Of a DNA stretch of 64,000 nt, positions 40,620 to 52,590 are shown one piece after another (position 1 is the first letter of the stretch; each line of letters starts with the position of its first letter). This DNA is from Podarcis melisellensis. Lineage: Eukaryota. Position numbers and translations under genes: made by a program. Below the pieces are notes generated by a model. The model worked only from the letters and a program-made list of their open reading frames with translations, was not told the origin of the DNA and did not search any database. The stretch lies in assembly GCA_964234715.1 (NCBI GenBank), contig OZ174281.1, one strand, 5' to 3'.

Positions 40620-41960
40620 AGGGCCTTGCTCCGAAGGCGTGTCTGACAGGCCTGGAGTGAGAAGTCTTGGCCGAAGGCCCAGCGCGTCTCGAGGCCTTGT
40701 CAAGCCCACCCCCGGAGGGGGTGTTATCACCACTCCCCTATTGCCTCACCGAAGCGTCCGGCGTGGCCAACGGGGCTCTTCGGACGCGTCCGAAATGAGG
40801 TCAACGACAAGCACCCCGCCCGCTGTCCCGAGGCCCCGGCTGCACCCATTTCAGGGCCGCCTCCGCTTCCCGGGAACTCTCTGGGTGGAGAGGCCTTGAA
40901 ACCAGACGGCAGCGAGGGGGCTGTGGAGGCGCTGGCAGCCGAGCCCTAGGCCTCGCCAGGCCGCGGGCGGGGCCCTGGGCCGAGCACCTCCCCCTGCCGA
41001 GCCCAGTCACCACCACGTCGGCGCAGCCAACACTGCGGAAATGGGGCAGCCGAGAGGCGTTGCGCAGGAAGCGCCGAGGCCGCCAGCAGCGCAGGCCCCT
41101 TTTAAACCTTCCCCGGCGGGCCGCCCTTACCTGTGTCCCCGATTATGATGTACTTGAAGAGATACGCGTAGGCCATGTCCTTCCAGTCGCCGCCGCCGCC
41201 GCCGCCTTCCTGCGCCTCCTGCTAGGGCTGCTCGCTGCTTGGTGACGCGGCGCGCACTCCCCCGCCCCTCGCTGTCAGGGCTCGCGCAACGGAAGGTTCG
41301 AAACCGTTGGCAGCGGGCCCCCCTCCTCCAGCTCCTTCCAACCGCCCTCGGGCTTCTGACAGCTTCCCTCAGCGAGCCTCCCACGCCGGCCTTCCGCGTG
41401 CGCCTGGGCGCCTCGCCTCCCCTTCTTTCTCCGGCCGGGCCTTTGGAGGTGCCTTCAGAGCGTCCCGAGGAGCGCGCGGTTCGGACGGAGGGCCGGTGGG
41501 AAGGCGGGCGGGGGTGGGGGGGAGAGCGAGGGAAGCAGGAACAATAACAGGCGCGAGGCTCCCGAACGCTCCGGCAACGTCACGCAGCGCTCTCTCCGCC
41601 GACCCGGAAGTGCTGAAGCAGCTGGTGCCTCGGCCTCGGCGTGCGGGCGAAGGGGAGGATCCCTGGGAGTGATGCGAGGGACGGGGCGGCCGAGCGCCTG
41701 GCGCCTTCGGCCTTGGGGTGGGGCCCGAGGCTCCTGGGCCGCCGCCCTGTCCGCTGCAGGCCGAGGAAGAGCCCTCGCTGCCTCCTGGAGGGAATGGGCG
41801 CTGCGAAGCGCTTCGTCGCCCCGGCTCTGGCTGGAGGACTTCAGCGGCCTCATCCTGGCACAGCAACATTCGCACTTTTAAGTAGGGCGAGTTGGGTTTT
41901 TTTGGAGGGGGAGAGGCGAAGGAAGTAAAACAAAGGCACCATACGGGCTTGCGGATCGCC
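40620..41960. promoter_or_regulatory. RAB2A CpG-island promoter and 5'UTR
   Basis: GC/CpG-rich block spanning exon 1; (GGC)6 in the 5'UTR at 41188-41206; CRE-like ACGTCA at 41577-41582; ETS motif CCGGAAGTG at 41604-41612; GC boxes and G-tracts at 41490-41532. Confidence 0.85.
41131..41176 (-). CDS. RAB2A: RAB2A coding exon 1 (MAYAYLFKYIIIGDT/G)
   Basis: Reverse complement reads ATG GCC TAC GCG TAT CTC TTC AAG TAC ATC ATA ATC GGG GAC ACA G then donor gtaag; 46 nt; Kozak context GAC-ATG-G; matches the Rab2 N-terminus. Confidence 0.98.
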
Positions 41961-42237
41961 ACATCACTTCTGGCAGTTTTTCAGATTTCCCTCTGGGTCC
42001 AAACGGAATGTCAAATGTGTCGCTGTATACAAAACGGAGGCCATGGCAGCGGCTGGACTTCTCCTGCCTTCTATTCAGTGCAGAAAGATGTTGTGCATTT
42101 ATCAGCCTACATTATTGGGAATCTGAGTTGGAAATGGTACAAGAGCAATGGGCGGGAATGTCCCAGTGCCTTCTTTTTGCGCAAGTCTGTTCTATATCAC
42201 AGATAACCAAAATGTCTCCAGAAGTTGCCACTGGTTA

Positions 42238-42347
42238 CATGGCCGTAGACAGGGGGCAAGTTCCCCCCTAAATTAAGTAAATCAATAAAAATACTTAACT
42301 AACTGAGGTTCTGCCCCACCCCCACATAAATCCTGGTTATGCCCATG
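42238..42347. mobile_element. hAT-like MITE
   Basis: CATGGCCGTAGACAGG ... CCTGGTTATGCCCATG; flanks ACTGGTTA / AGTTGTTA. Confidence 0.55.
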
Positions 42348-43618
42348 AGTTGTTAGAATTACAGTCGTATGCTGCTGTCGCTTTAAAAATGGCTTAAAAC
42401 GTTTGCAGACAAAAACATTTTTCTTCTTCCAGGCCTTTGGCTAAATAAATCTATGGCCTTTTAAACTTGTTTAAACAAGTGGCGTGGTTTTTTTTATTAT
42501 TACATATTTTTGTGGTTTTACACAGTAAACTGCCCTGTGATCCTCAGATGAAGAGTGGTATATAAATTTAATATAATATATATTAAAAATAATAACACAA
42601 AAATAATATCTAGCACGAAACATGACTAGCTGACTGTTGCTAATGAGTGTTTTCTTTTGTCCTGTGCATTTTTATTGTAATTTTTACTGTTGAACTCTGG
42701 TTGTGTCATACATACCAATCTCCTTTGGCGTTCCTATGTATGCACACACCCCATGGATAAAGAACAGAAAGATTGTGAGTGGGAAGCTCCAGCATCAATA
42801 GGATTAAGCTGTTAATCATTCTTAAGGAGACTTCAACACTTGCCCAGTTTATACATTAACTTCATAGTGTGGTTGTCATGCCACATCTTTGGGGCCTACA
42901 GATGTCATCATGTGAGAAACTTGGGTCAGCAACTTTTCATATACCTTTAATCTCAAAAATGCAGTAAAGGGATCATAGGTTTTTTGTTTTTTTTTTTACA
43001 GAGCAAGCTAGTCCTCCCCACTCCCCCACCCCACAACAAACATTTTTTTAAAAATACTCTCAGGACAAAAAGCAGGGGAAATAGCGTTAGTGGCATTGGT
43101 ACAATACATACCGGTAATAATCTGTCCATGACATAATAGCGTTTTAACTGAGCACAGACACAAGCTAAGGACTCAGCAGAGCAGTTGTGAAAGTATTTAG
43201 AATTCTATTATTTATTACATTTGTATATTATTTGTTATCTTAGCAATATAAAATATAATTCATAATAAAAGCCAAAACCAATATAAAATAAACCAAAGCA
43301 GTATAAAGCCCTCTCCTTACCACCACCAAATGAAAACATCCCATCACAAAACCCAGTTGCTAAAATGATTGAAAACCCAGCAAGAGATAGGTTTGGTATG
43401 AAAAACTGAAACACCAGATAGGTTGTGTCTGAGAGAGCACTAAAGTCTCTACGTTGTGCCAAGAAGACTATAGCATGGTTGCCAGACAAGCCTCTCTATA
43501 GGACATTCTGTAATCAGGGCACCACCACTGAAAAAGCCCACTTAATATTTCTATTTATTCTTAATGTGCCTGTTTCTTGAAGAGAAATGGAACTCTGGGA
43601 AAAGAAGAGATAAACCAA

Positions 43619-43934
43619 CAGACCCTCCAAGTGTCCCTGTTTTCAAGGGACACTCCTGGGTTCACAGAAGCTGTCACGGTTTCTGATTTGATCTCAGAAT
43701 GCCCCGGTTTTCCTTAGGATGTTGGAGAATATGACCCCCGCGTCAAGGAGATACAACCATTAGAAGACATCTGAAGGCAGTTTTTAATGTTTAATTTTTA
43801 AAATGTTTTTATATATGTTGGAAGCTGCACAGAGTGGCTGGGGCAACCCAGTCAGATGGGCGGGTGTACATAATAAAATCGTTGTTATTAAATAGTAAAT
43901 ATCTGTTTTCATTGGAGACATTTCGGAGGGTATG
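43619..43934. mobile_element. Non-autonomous DNA transposon (sibling of 2264-2599)
   Basis: Same termini and interior blocks as 2264-2599. Confidence 0.7.
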
Positions 43935-44884
43935 TAGAGCTATTATGTTACAGTCATATTTATTTAATTTATATCCCACCCTTCCCAAAGAGCCCAGGAC
44001 CACAAAACAGATATACAATTAAAAACGTAAACAAAGCAAAAGCATTCTAAAGCAGATTAAAACATTCTAAAAACTATTACAATTAAAAACTCGGGGACAT
44101 TATTTCAGCCAAACCACAATTCATGTTTTGCCAGATGGGCACATGAAGGAGCTGAAGCTCACAGAGCTTTCTTGTAAAAAATTCCTAGAGAGAACTCTCT
44201 GAGATAACTTCCTTTATCTTCCTTGACAGGAAGCTGTAACTACATATTTCCTGCCTGCTTGCACATACTTTTTCTCTCCATCATGCTTCCAAGTTGACCA
44301 CGTGTACATGTCTGAGCTCTGCAGATCACTCACCATTTTTGAACATATTTTTGTACTTTTGTAACAAATAGTACTTATAAAACTGTCTTCATTATGCCTT
44401 CATACCTACATATTATGTGGGTAAATACTACTTTTCTTTCTTCACAGAACTCTGTGTGTGATTGTTGTTTTAAGGTAGAGAAAAGGAGTAATATCCAATG
44501 TGCCTGAAAGCATCTTGCATTATTGCTTCTAGAAGGTTAAATCAACCTTATCTTTGCTTCCCAGTTTAAGCTGCGAAAGATGGTACTCTGCTGATCTCAC
44601 TAACGTAGACAAGGAAAAGTACTGTACTAGCTAAATATATTCTTTGCTGGTGTCTAAATCCATTCCTACAAAAACAACGAAAGGCAGCTCCAGTTCCAGG
44701 CAAAGGTCTAGCTGCCAAGACATGGCTGCCTTGTTCAGCAGCTACCCAGGCCTTCCTCTTAGAGCCATCTCAGGAGATTTGGAAAGCGAACGTGAAAGAA
44801 AAGACCTTTCTGTTGTAATGTAGCAATTCAGCAACACCCTTCCAATTGAAGTACTCTTTGTCCAGCTTCCTTTTGTGTCTCTTG

Positions 44885-45114
44885 CTAGAAGCAAGATTCC
44901 ACCTAAACATTAGGAAGAATTTCCTGACAGTAAGAGCTGTTTGACAGTGGAATTTGCTGCCAAGGAGTGTGGTGGAGTCTCCTTCTTTGGAGGTCTTTAA
45001 GCAGAGGCTTGACAACCATATGTCAGGAGTGCTCTGATGGTGCTTCCTGCTTGGCAGGGGGTTGGACTCGATGGCCCTTGTGGTCTCTTCCAACTCTATG
45101 ATTCTATGATTCTA
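44885..45114 (+). mobile_element. CR1 LINE 3' end
   Basis: AGATTCCACCTAAACATTAGGAAGAATTTCCTGACAGT ... TTCCAACTCTATGATTCTATGATTCTA octamer tail. Confidence 0.88.
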
Positions 45115-46300
45115 AGCTGGAGATGTTTTTATTTTGACTCATGTTTAATAAGCAAGACCCAGTTCTGTTGCTGTGTAACATTTTTTACTTTTGCTGCTGT
45201 TAGATTTTTTGTTTTGGGTGTAAATGTTGGTATGCATATATTATTTGTACAACCTTGGCAGAGATAAGGTGCTATGGTCCATGGTTTTCATGTAGACACA
45301 ATTCAAGCCAAATGGCTTCTACTATGAAACGTGAGATTACAAAGTCCCCCTTATGTGAGGACTTGTGTCACTTCAGAAGGACACATATGAATTTGACACA
45401 CTGATGCAGTCACTTGGGCAACCATAGCTGAGATATACGTACAAAGCATTTTCATAAAAGAGATAATATAGTGCTTTCCTAAATGCCATCTGCAACTTTC
45501 TCTTTGTTATAACTTCATGTATAGGGTAAGTGTACTGCCTTAAATAGTAGGAACTGAATTGGGCTTTGTACACATTTTGTTAAAATTCTTAAGATTGCCT
45601 AAATTATAGAAAAAGTGACAGTTACAAGTGACATCTGCAAGTGCTTGCACTGTCGTTGAAAAGAGCATAATGTGTTTGTGTATCGTTTATGAGACTAATG
45701 CAACTAAGGACAGAAAGGGCCTTTTGACAAATGCTGTGCTACAATTGGAGATCTGTTTGTCAAAGAGACGGCCCTTTATTATTCAACTGGGTAACCAGAG
45801 TGTTTGGTCATCTGCTGAGTGAACCTCTGCAGTAGCTCTGCACAGTAGCTATTAACTCATAATCAAATCATAGCAGAAATAAACACATGGACTACTCTTC
45901 AGTACTGTGAAAGTCACTGTATAAGTTGAACGAAATACTGAAATAATCTGGTCATTCCTTGGGCTATAAAAAAAGAGAGAACGAGAGAACAATGCTTTCA
46001 TTTACAACGTAACAACTGTAATGACATTTTGGAACTGCAGTGGGGGGGGGAGCAAATTTCTAGTGCTTCGATAAAACTCTGCTAGAAATATGCACAGTTG
46101 CCTGTATGTCACACAGTTCCCTACACTTCTTTTCACTGCTTAATTCTAAAAGGGAGAGGTACCAGGGCTCCACCTTGCTTGAAAGTGACTACCTCTGACT
46201 TGGAAATCGCTGTCTTAAAATACAGGTGTTTTCAAACAGGGTGTGATTAGTCTATGGTGGAAAACAACTCTGTGTGTGAGTCAAGGAGCCCTCTTTATTA

Positions 46301-46449
46301 CAGTGGTACCCTCAGGTTAAGAACTTAATTCGTTCCGGAGGTCCGTTCTTAACCTGAAACTGTTCTTAACCTGAAACACCACTTTAGCTAATGGAGCCTG
46401 CATTAGTGGAGTCTGTAACCTGAAGCGTCTGTAACACGAGGTACCACTG
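46301..46449. mobile_element. Tc1-mariner/pogo-type MITE, family A, internally deleted
   Basis: Both TIRs and TA TSD kept; about 90 bp of the centre missing relative to the other copies. Confidence 0.85.
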
Positions 46450-46878
46450 TACTGCTTTAGAAGCTGGTGGCTGTCAATTTTGATGGACACATATTCTGCC
46501 TCCCCCCTCCCCCCCGTCATTTGCCCTTCACCTACCTCTGCTTTGGACTGACATCAGGTAACTCAGAAGAAACCCACAACTTGGTGCAGCATGAGCTGTT
46601 TTCCTGTCAACTGCCTCCACAGGTATACCTAGTCTCCCTTCTGCCCTTGGCAAGGAGCTGTATCGGCACCCTCTGTCCATTGTGCCCTTGGCAAGCAGCT
46701 CCATCAAGACTCCCAGAGGAGCCTGTGTGCCTCACCTGGCCACCCAGCGCAGTGGAAGAGTGGTCTGGGGAGTGCACAGATTGTTGGGTGTTTTCTGTTA
46801 TAAGAAAAAAACAACAACTCCTTTTCCCTTATGGGGTACCCGAGAGCCCATATAGAGTCCTTTTGTAGGTTCTCTATC

Positions 46879-47647
46879 AGTAGGAGAAAATAGCAGAGGC
46901 CAACCAGAGAATATTGAGAAGCAAAGCAGCTGGTAAACCTGATCTTTATTAACTGTTGCAACAGGGTGCTCACAAACCACACGCTGGAGGCTGGAGGGAC
47001 CCCGAACAATGGTGCGCAAGCCCTTAAATAGACACATTTGAAATTGCCCACCCTGGAGCTCAAGACCACCCCCCTCCATACATTATACATCAGGGGTCAG
47101 CAACCTTTTTCAGCCATGGGCTGGCCCACTGTCCCTCAGAGCATGTGGTGGGCCAGACTATATTGGGGGGGGGGGGAATAAACAAATTCCTATGCCCCGC
47201 AAATAACCCAGAAATGCATTTTAAATAAAAGCACACATTCTACTCATGTAAAAACATGCTGATTCTCAGAATGTCCACGGCCGGATTGAGAAGGCCAAGA
47301 TTGGGCCGCATCTGGCCCCCGGGCCTTAGGTTGCCTACTCCTGTTACATGTACATCACAGAAGGGGTGTCTATAACAGAAATCTGAGTGTGTTGTTTTTC
47401 TCCTGTCTGCCAGGATACCTGATAATGGATCATTGATTGCATTACCTGGGTCATTTGGCCACTCTTTTGTGATGATAACTACTTAATTCCTGAATCCAGG
47501 TCACAGACACACCCTTAAGACAGGATTTGTGAACAAAGACAATGGGGAGGTTTTTCTCATTTCCTCCCTGCTTGCAGAGAAACATTTGAGGTCAGTTTGG
47601 GAGAGACGAAATGGTTTCATGACTTTTTCTGGTACTGTTTTCAGACA
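46879..47647 (-). mobile_element. Putative solo LTR interrupted by a hAT MITE
   Basis: Minus strand begins TGTCTGAAAAC; TATTTAAG 47023-47030; AATAAA 46945-46950; boundaries uncertain. Confidence 0.4.
47091..47343. mobile_element. hAT MITE (reverse-orientation sibling at 34918-35172)
   Basis: CAGGGGTCAGCAACCT ... AGGTTGCCTACTCCTG; interior is the reverse complement of 34918-35172. Confidence 0.8.
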
Positions 47648-47650
47648 TGT

Positions 47651-47652
<2 letters not shown>

Positions 47653-47685
<33 letters not shown>
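47653..47685. repeat. (GT)n microsatellite
   Basis: Directly visible. Confidence 0.95.
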
Positions 47686-47690
<5 letters not shown>

Positions 47691-48120
47691 ACCTTAAAAT
47701 TCTTATAACAGCTCCTACCCAATCCAAGCCAGAGTTGAGAGGCACAGTTTTTGTGCCACCCTCCCCCACTGCCCTATGCCCTTGGCCGGGGCCAACTTGG
47801 TCAAACCCTAGGTACTCTCCTGACCACCTCATATATAAGCCACACATATTATTCACACCTTTTAAAAAGATGCTTAACCTGGCCACTTCTGTGTTGGAGA
47901 AAAGGCAACCTGATCAGGGCCCTGTGTTCATTTTCTGCTGAAAACCACCCCCGGGCTGCTATTTGCCCCAAAAGGCACTGTTTCCTGCAATCAGCAAAAA
48001 GCAGCAGAAGGGGTTGCTTCTGTGGAGTGAAAGGCACTACTCCTTTGTCATCTCATACCAGGTTCCTTTGATCCATTGTGTTCCTTTAATGACTCATATC
48101 CCATCTCATGAGGATGTTAG

Positions 48121-48474
48121 GTAAAGGTACCCCTGCCCGTACGGGCCAGTCTTGACAGACTCTGGGGTTGTGCGCCCATCTCACTTAAGAGGCCAGGGGC
48201 CAGCGCTGTCCGGAGACACTTCCGGGTCACATGGCCAGCGTGACATCGCTGCTCTGGCGAGCCAGAGCCGCACACGGAAACGCCGTTTACCTTCCCGCTG
48301 GTAAGCGGTCCCTATTTATCTACTTGCACCCGGAGGTGCTTTCGAACTGCTAGGTTGGCAGGCGCTGGGACCGAGCAGCGGGAGCGCACCCCGCCGCAGG
48401 GATTCAAACCTCCGACCTTTCGATCGGCAAGTCCTAGGCGCTGAGGCTTTAAACCACAGCGCCACCTGCGTCCC
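48121..48474 (-). mobile_element. Sauria-type SINE, second subfamily
   Basis: About 7 differences by eye from the 15953 copy; 15-bp TSD TCATGAGGATGTTAG at 48106-48120 and 48483-48497. Confidence 0.9.
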
Positions 48475-48639
48475 TAATATGGTCATGAGGATGTTAGCCT
48501 GGCTTAATTAGCCTTTAACACATGCTAATTTCATATTTCTAGCTTAATTTGCTTTTAATGCTTGCTGATTACGGGATTTAGAAGTGTCTAACACACAGCT
48601 TAATACACCCAGGTCTGGCTTAGTACACATTCGTCTGGA

Positions 48640-48729
48640 CATAGCTGTCAACGTTTCCCTTTTTTAAAGGGAAATTCCCTTATTCCAAATAGGATTCCTC
48701 GCAAGAAAAGGGAAAAGTTGACAGCTATA
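48640..48729. mobile_element. 90-bp hAT MITE
   Basis: TIR CATAGCTGTCAAC / GTTGACAGCTATA; perfect 8-bp TSD CGTCTGGA. Confidence 0.82.
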
Positions 48730-49576
48730 CGTCTGGAACCCAGACTTAACACCTAGCCTTAACTCCTACTAGATCCAGGAATTTAACAAACTAATAACAA
48801 TATCCCTACTATCAAATTTCTTGGACTGTCACCATGCCTTCAGCGTTTTAGGCAGCAATCCTAAACAAACTATGGAGAAAGTGTGCATAGTATTATGCTA
48901 TCAGGATGTCTGAGTAATGAAAAGGATGGACCACCCCATGTTATCATGTAGGAAAACATGCAAAAGATATTCAAAATGATACACATCCATTATTTATCAT
49001 CTTTAGAAAAACTGAATTTTGAAGTACAACTCCATCCCAAGGGAAGTTTATTTCTTTCCACAACTTTAATTATATAATTAAGCACTGCTTCCTCTCTTCC
49101 TGTAGCTGCAAAGAGCAATCTGCCGAAAATTGCTTTCAGCTGTATAATATGGGAACAAACCTAGTAGCAGTATTTGCTCTTACTATAGCTGTTCAAAGAG
49201 CTCTTTCATAATAAGAAAATAATAACGACAAAAACAACCTGACACATGAAACAAATGTTAGTTCAGGTTCAGATGATTTCAAGCAAAAAATAAAAAATTG
49301 ATATACTCTGGGTATACTCTGACCGCCTTTGTTGTTGTTTCCACACGGTTCCTGTATGAAAAGTTGCTTATTGTTTTTGTGTAAATGTTGGATAGGAAAA
49401 AGTTCCATAACTTATTAATTCTAGTCAACATTGTATTTACACTCTTGGACTAGAATGCTGTTAATTCACCAAAGTTCAGAAACTTCACCAATTGCAAGTG
49501 TGATTTGATACGTTATGAGCCTAGGATACATGCAGATAATGACTGTAAAATCAGTAAAGCTAGTTATTTCTTATTT

Positions 49577-49585
49577 CTATCTATC

Positions 49586-49639
<54 letters not shown>
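49577..49639. repeat. (TCTA)n microsatellite
   Basis: Directly visible. Confidence 0.95.
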
Positions 49640-49715
49640 TTATGAATTGCTTCTTATGAAGCATCTCAAAGTGATCTCACAACATAATTTTTAAAAATGC
49701 ATTTATAAAAGCAGT

Positions 49716-49912
49716 GGCTTGCATCTAATGCAGCCCTAGAGAAGTGTCCTGTCGGCGCAAGGTTGTTCACTTTGTGCCTCCCCTAAATCTGTTCTAGGGG
49801 TTCCCTTGATACTCTGGAGCAGATTTGAAGAGGGTGTGGGAGGAGCAGGGTGGGGAAAGCAGGAAGCCTTGCGCTGACGGGAGCTTACTTAGCGCTGCAC
49901 TGGATACAAGCC
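49716..49912. mobile_element. Palindromic MITE, possibly PIF/Harbinger-like
   Basis: GGCTTGCATCTAATGCAGC ... GCTGCACTGGATACAAGCC fold-back; AGT on both flanks. Confidence 0.55.
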
Positions 49913-50259
49913 AGTTAAAACAAACATATGAAAACAATTACATATACTGTCGAAACAATTTCAAGTCCACAGCTGACATCAACTGGGATAAAAAGTTATC
50001 CACGTCCTGTGAACAACGCAGGGCACTCAACAATGTAGCGACAAGCTGTATGTGACAGTAGCATTTAAGCAATAAAAATGAACGGAACAATGATTCATGA
50101 TACTTCAAAATATTCATTTTTTTACATCTGCCTCAATAATATAATGGGTATACTTGCCACATGACTGGCTGCTTGCTGACTGGGTATTTCAGATAATTCA
50201 TAAATTATGTTATACTTAAAAGTTCTTTTTAGCTTTCCGTTGGCATACTTTGCCCTATT

Positions 50260-50263
<4 letters not shown>

Positions 50264-50344
<81 letters not shown>

Positions 50345-50350
50345 AGAGAG
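50264..50350. repeat. Compound (CT)n(CA)n(GA)n microsatellite
   Basis: Directly visible. Confidence 0.95.
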
Positions 50351-50686
50351 AAATATACTCGGAGTTGAGAGTGGATTTCATGCTCTTTATTCAGCTCATA
50401 GTGGTGAGGAGGAATGGAAGTTCTCCCAGAATGTCTGCTTTATATACATTATTTACACAATGGGCCCCACATGATTAGCTAATTCTGGGATTCACCTGTA
50501 GGCCAATCAGGTTGCAGATTCACTTCCACCTGGAGCTGGATTGGGTGGCTCCTGTGGACCAATCAGACTGAATCATTCTGGATCCTATTGTTCTAGGGCC
50601 AATCAGACTGCTGCATTCTGAATCCTGTTGTTCTAGGACCAATCAGACTGCTGCATTTTGGATCCTATTCAACTCAGTACATAACA
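50349..50686 (-). mobile_element. Solo LTR inserted in a (CA)n/(CT)n microsatellite
   Basis: Minus strand starts TGTTATGTAC; three 40-bp CCAAT-containing repeats; TATATAAA 50439-50446; AATAAA 50386-50391; (CA)n on both sides. Confidence 0.7.
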
Positions 50687-50851
50687 CACACACACACCGC
50701 ATTACCATTTTAACCAGTGCTTCTGCCTGACAATCTAGCAGTGCAATTGGTTCCCTGTTCTAGCCACCCACCCCACTTCCCAGAAGCCAGGATTGCTGAG
50801 CTTCTGCTTTCAGGTCAAACAGCCAGCCATTTGACTTGAGACTGCCTAGAT

Positions 50852-50988
50852 CAGGCATGGCCAAACTTGCCCCCCCCAGCTGTTTTGGGACTACAGTGCC
50901 CATCATCCCTGACCACTGGTCCTGTTAGCTAGGGATGATGGGAGTTGTAGTCCCAAAACAGCTGGAGGGCCAAGTTTGGCCATGCCTG
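50852..50988. mobile_element. hAT (Charlie-group) palindromic MITE; decayed relatives at ~2155-2240, 6081-6212, ~24625-24742, ~36724-36850, ~59455-59590
   Basis: 17-bp perfect TIR CAGGCATGGCCAAACTT; TSD GCCTAGAT/GTCTAGAT; near-complete fold-back. Confidence 0.85.
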
Positions 50989-51687
50989 GTCTAGATATTT
51001 GATCCAGCATGTCATCATGTCAGCACCTTACTTAAAAACAGGATGATACTGCCTTCCTTTTCTGTTATCTACGACTCTTCTGTTTTCTGTGCCTGCCTTT
51101 CCTTTAATTCTTTCTTTGGACTGGTTTGTTTGTTTTTGGCTGCCCTTGTTTCCTTTCCCCTATAACTGGAATTCTTCCTCGTGCGACACCCTCTCACAGG
51201 CCTTTTCCTTTAAAGTGCACGTTAAAAACCTAACATTTTTTTTTGTTCTCCTTCCTAAATATGTTGGTTTTATTTTTGTAAATTGGAAAAAGAGTTGCCA
51301 TTGATTGAAGTGCCATTTTCTACAAATCATCCCTTTTAACTTTTAAACATTTAATATTTTAATGATTTTGTTTAAAAAGTGCAAACGTAACAAAAAGAAA
51401 GAGAGCAAACACACACAAAATGTAAACCATAAAGAGTCACATCCTGGAAGGAGAAAAGTATAAAGATATAGCACAGCTCCAAAGGGATAGCTCATACAAA
51501 GGTTCCCTTTACAAATAACAAAGATATGTAAAGACAAAAGTATTCTCCATCTGTTAGTTCTTTATGTGCATTATTACACATAAAGGTTCTTAAACATCTT
51601 CGTTGAGACAAACATTTGCATATACTGGTGACACTGAGTGACTGTGTACCTTACAATTTGTATAAGTAATAAAACCATGCCATATAG

Positions 51688-51889
51688 CAGGAATGTCCAA
51701 CTTCCAAGAGACTGCGATCTACTCCTACTAAAAAAAAACTAGCAGTGATCTACCCATTGTATTGACCAAAGTTGTTGAGCTTTTTTTGGGGAGCACTGAT
51801 CACGATCAGGAATACGCGATCAACCAGGATCAACCAGGGATGCCCTGCAATCGACCGGTAGATTACGATCGACCTGTTGAGCATTCCTG
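51688..51889. mobile_element. hAT (Charlie-group) MITE
   Basis: TIRs CAGGAATGTCCAAC / GTTGAGCATTCCTG; perfect 8-bp TSD CCATATAG; subterminal GATCGAC/GATCTAC repeats. Confidence 0.85.
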
Positions 51890-51930
51890 CCATATAGTAT
51901 AAACAAAAACAGTAATTTGAGCTCTGTTTA

Positions 51931-52172
51931 CAGTGGTACCTCGGGTTAAGTACTTAATTTGTTCTGGAGGTCCGTTCTTAACCTGAAACTGTTCTTAACC
52001 TGAAGCACCACTTTAGCTAATGGGGCCTCCTCCTGCTGCTGCGCCGCTGGAGCATGATTCCTGTTCTCATCCTGAAGCAAAGTTCTTAACCTGAGGTACT
52101 ATTTCTGGGTTAGCAGAGTCTGTAACCTGAAGCGTCTGTAACCTGAAGCGTCTGTAACCTGAGGTACCACTG
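51931..52172. mobile_element. Tc1-mariner/pogo-type MITE, family A
   Basis: TA-CAGTGGTACCTC ... GAGGTACCACTG-TA. Confidence 0.88.
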
Positions 52173-52221
52173 TATTTTATCTTTTTACATATTCTTACCT
52201 CCTCCTCCTGTCCTTTGTCTG

Positions 52222-52590
52222 AAGAACTTGCTGGATCTGATCCAAGGCCCCTCTAATCCAGCATCCTGTTCTCACAGTAGCCAACCAGATGTTTTAGAGA
52301 TGCTTAGAAGGAGAACCTAAACACAATGGCACTGTCCCACTTGTGATCCCCAACAACTACTATTTAGAAACATGCTGCCTCTGATTCTGGAGGTAGCATA
52401 TAGTCATCATGGCTAGAAGTTTTTGATATACCGTATGCCGTGAGTTTGTCTCCCCTCTTGAAACCATCTGAATTGGTGGCCATTGCCACATCTTGTTGTA
52501 GCGAATCTCATAGTTTAACTATGCACAGTGTTTGAAGGCATCCCTTTTGTCTGTCCTGAATCTTCTACCATTCTATTTCATGGATGACAC
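52222..52590 (-). mobile_element. Older CR1-like LINE 3' fragment (related pieces at ~3083-3155 and ~19360-19445)
   Basis: Shared motif GGATC..G.CCAA.G.CCC.TCTAAT.CAGCATCC in three places; resembles reptile CR1 3' ends in reverse. Confidence 0.55.

Noticed and set aside
40639-42271. Overlapping ORFs around the RAB2A promoter
   Set aside because: GC-content artefacts; the only real coding part is the 46-nt exon 1, in a frame the ORF track does not list.
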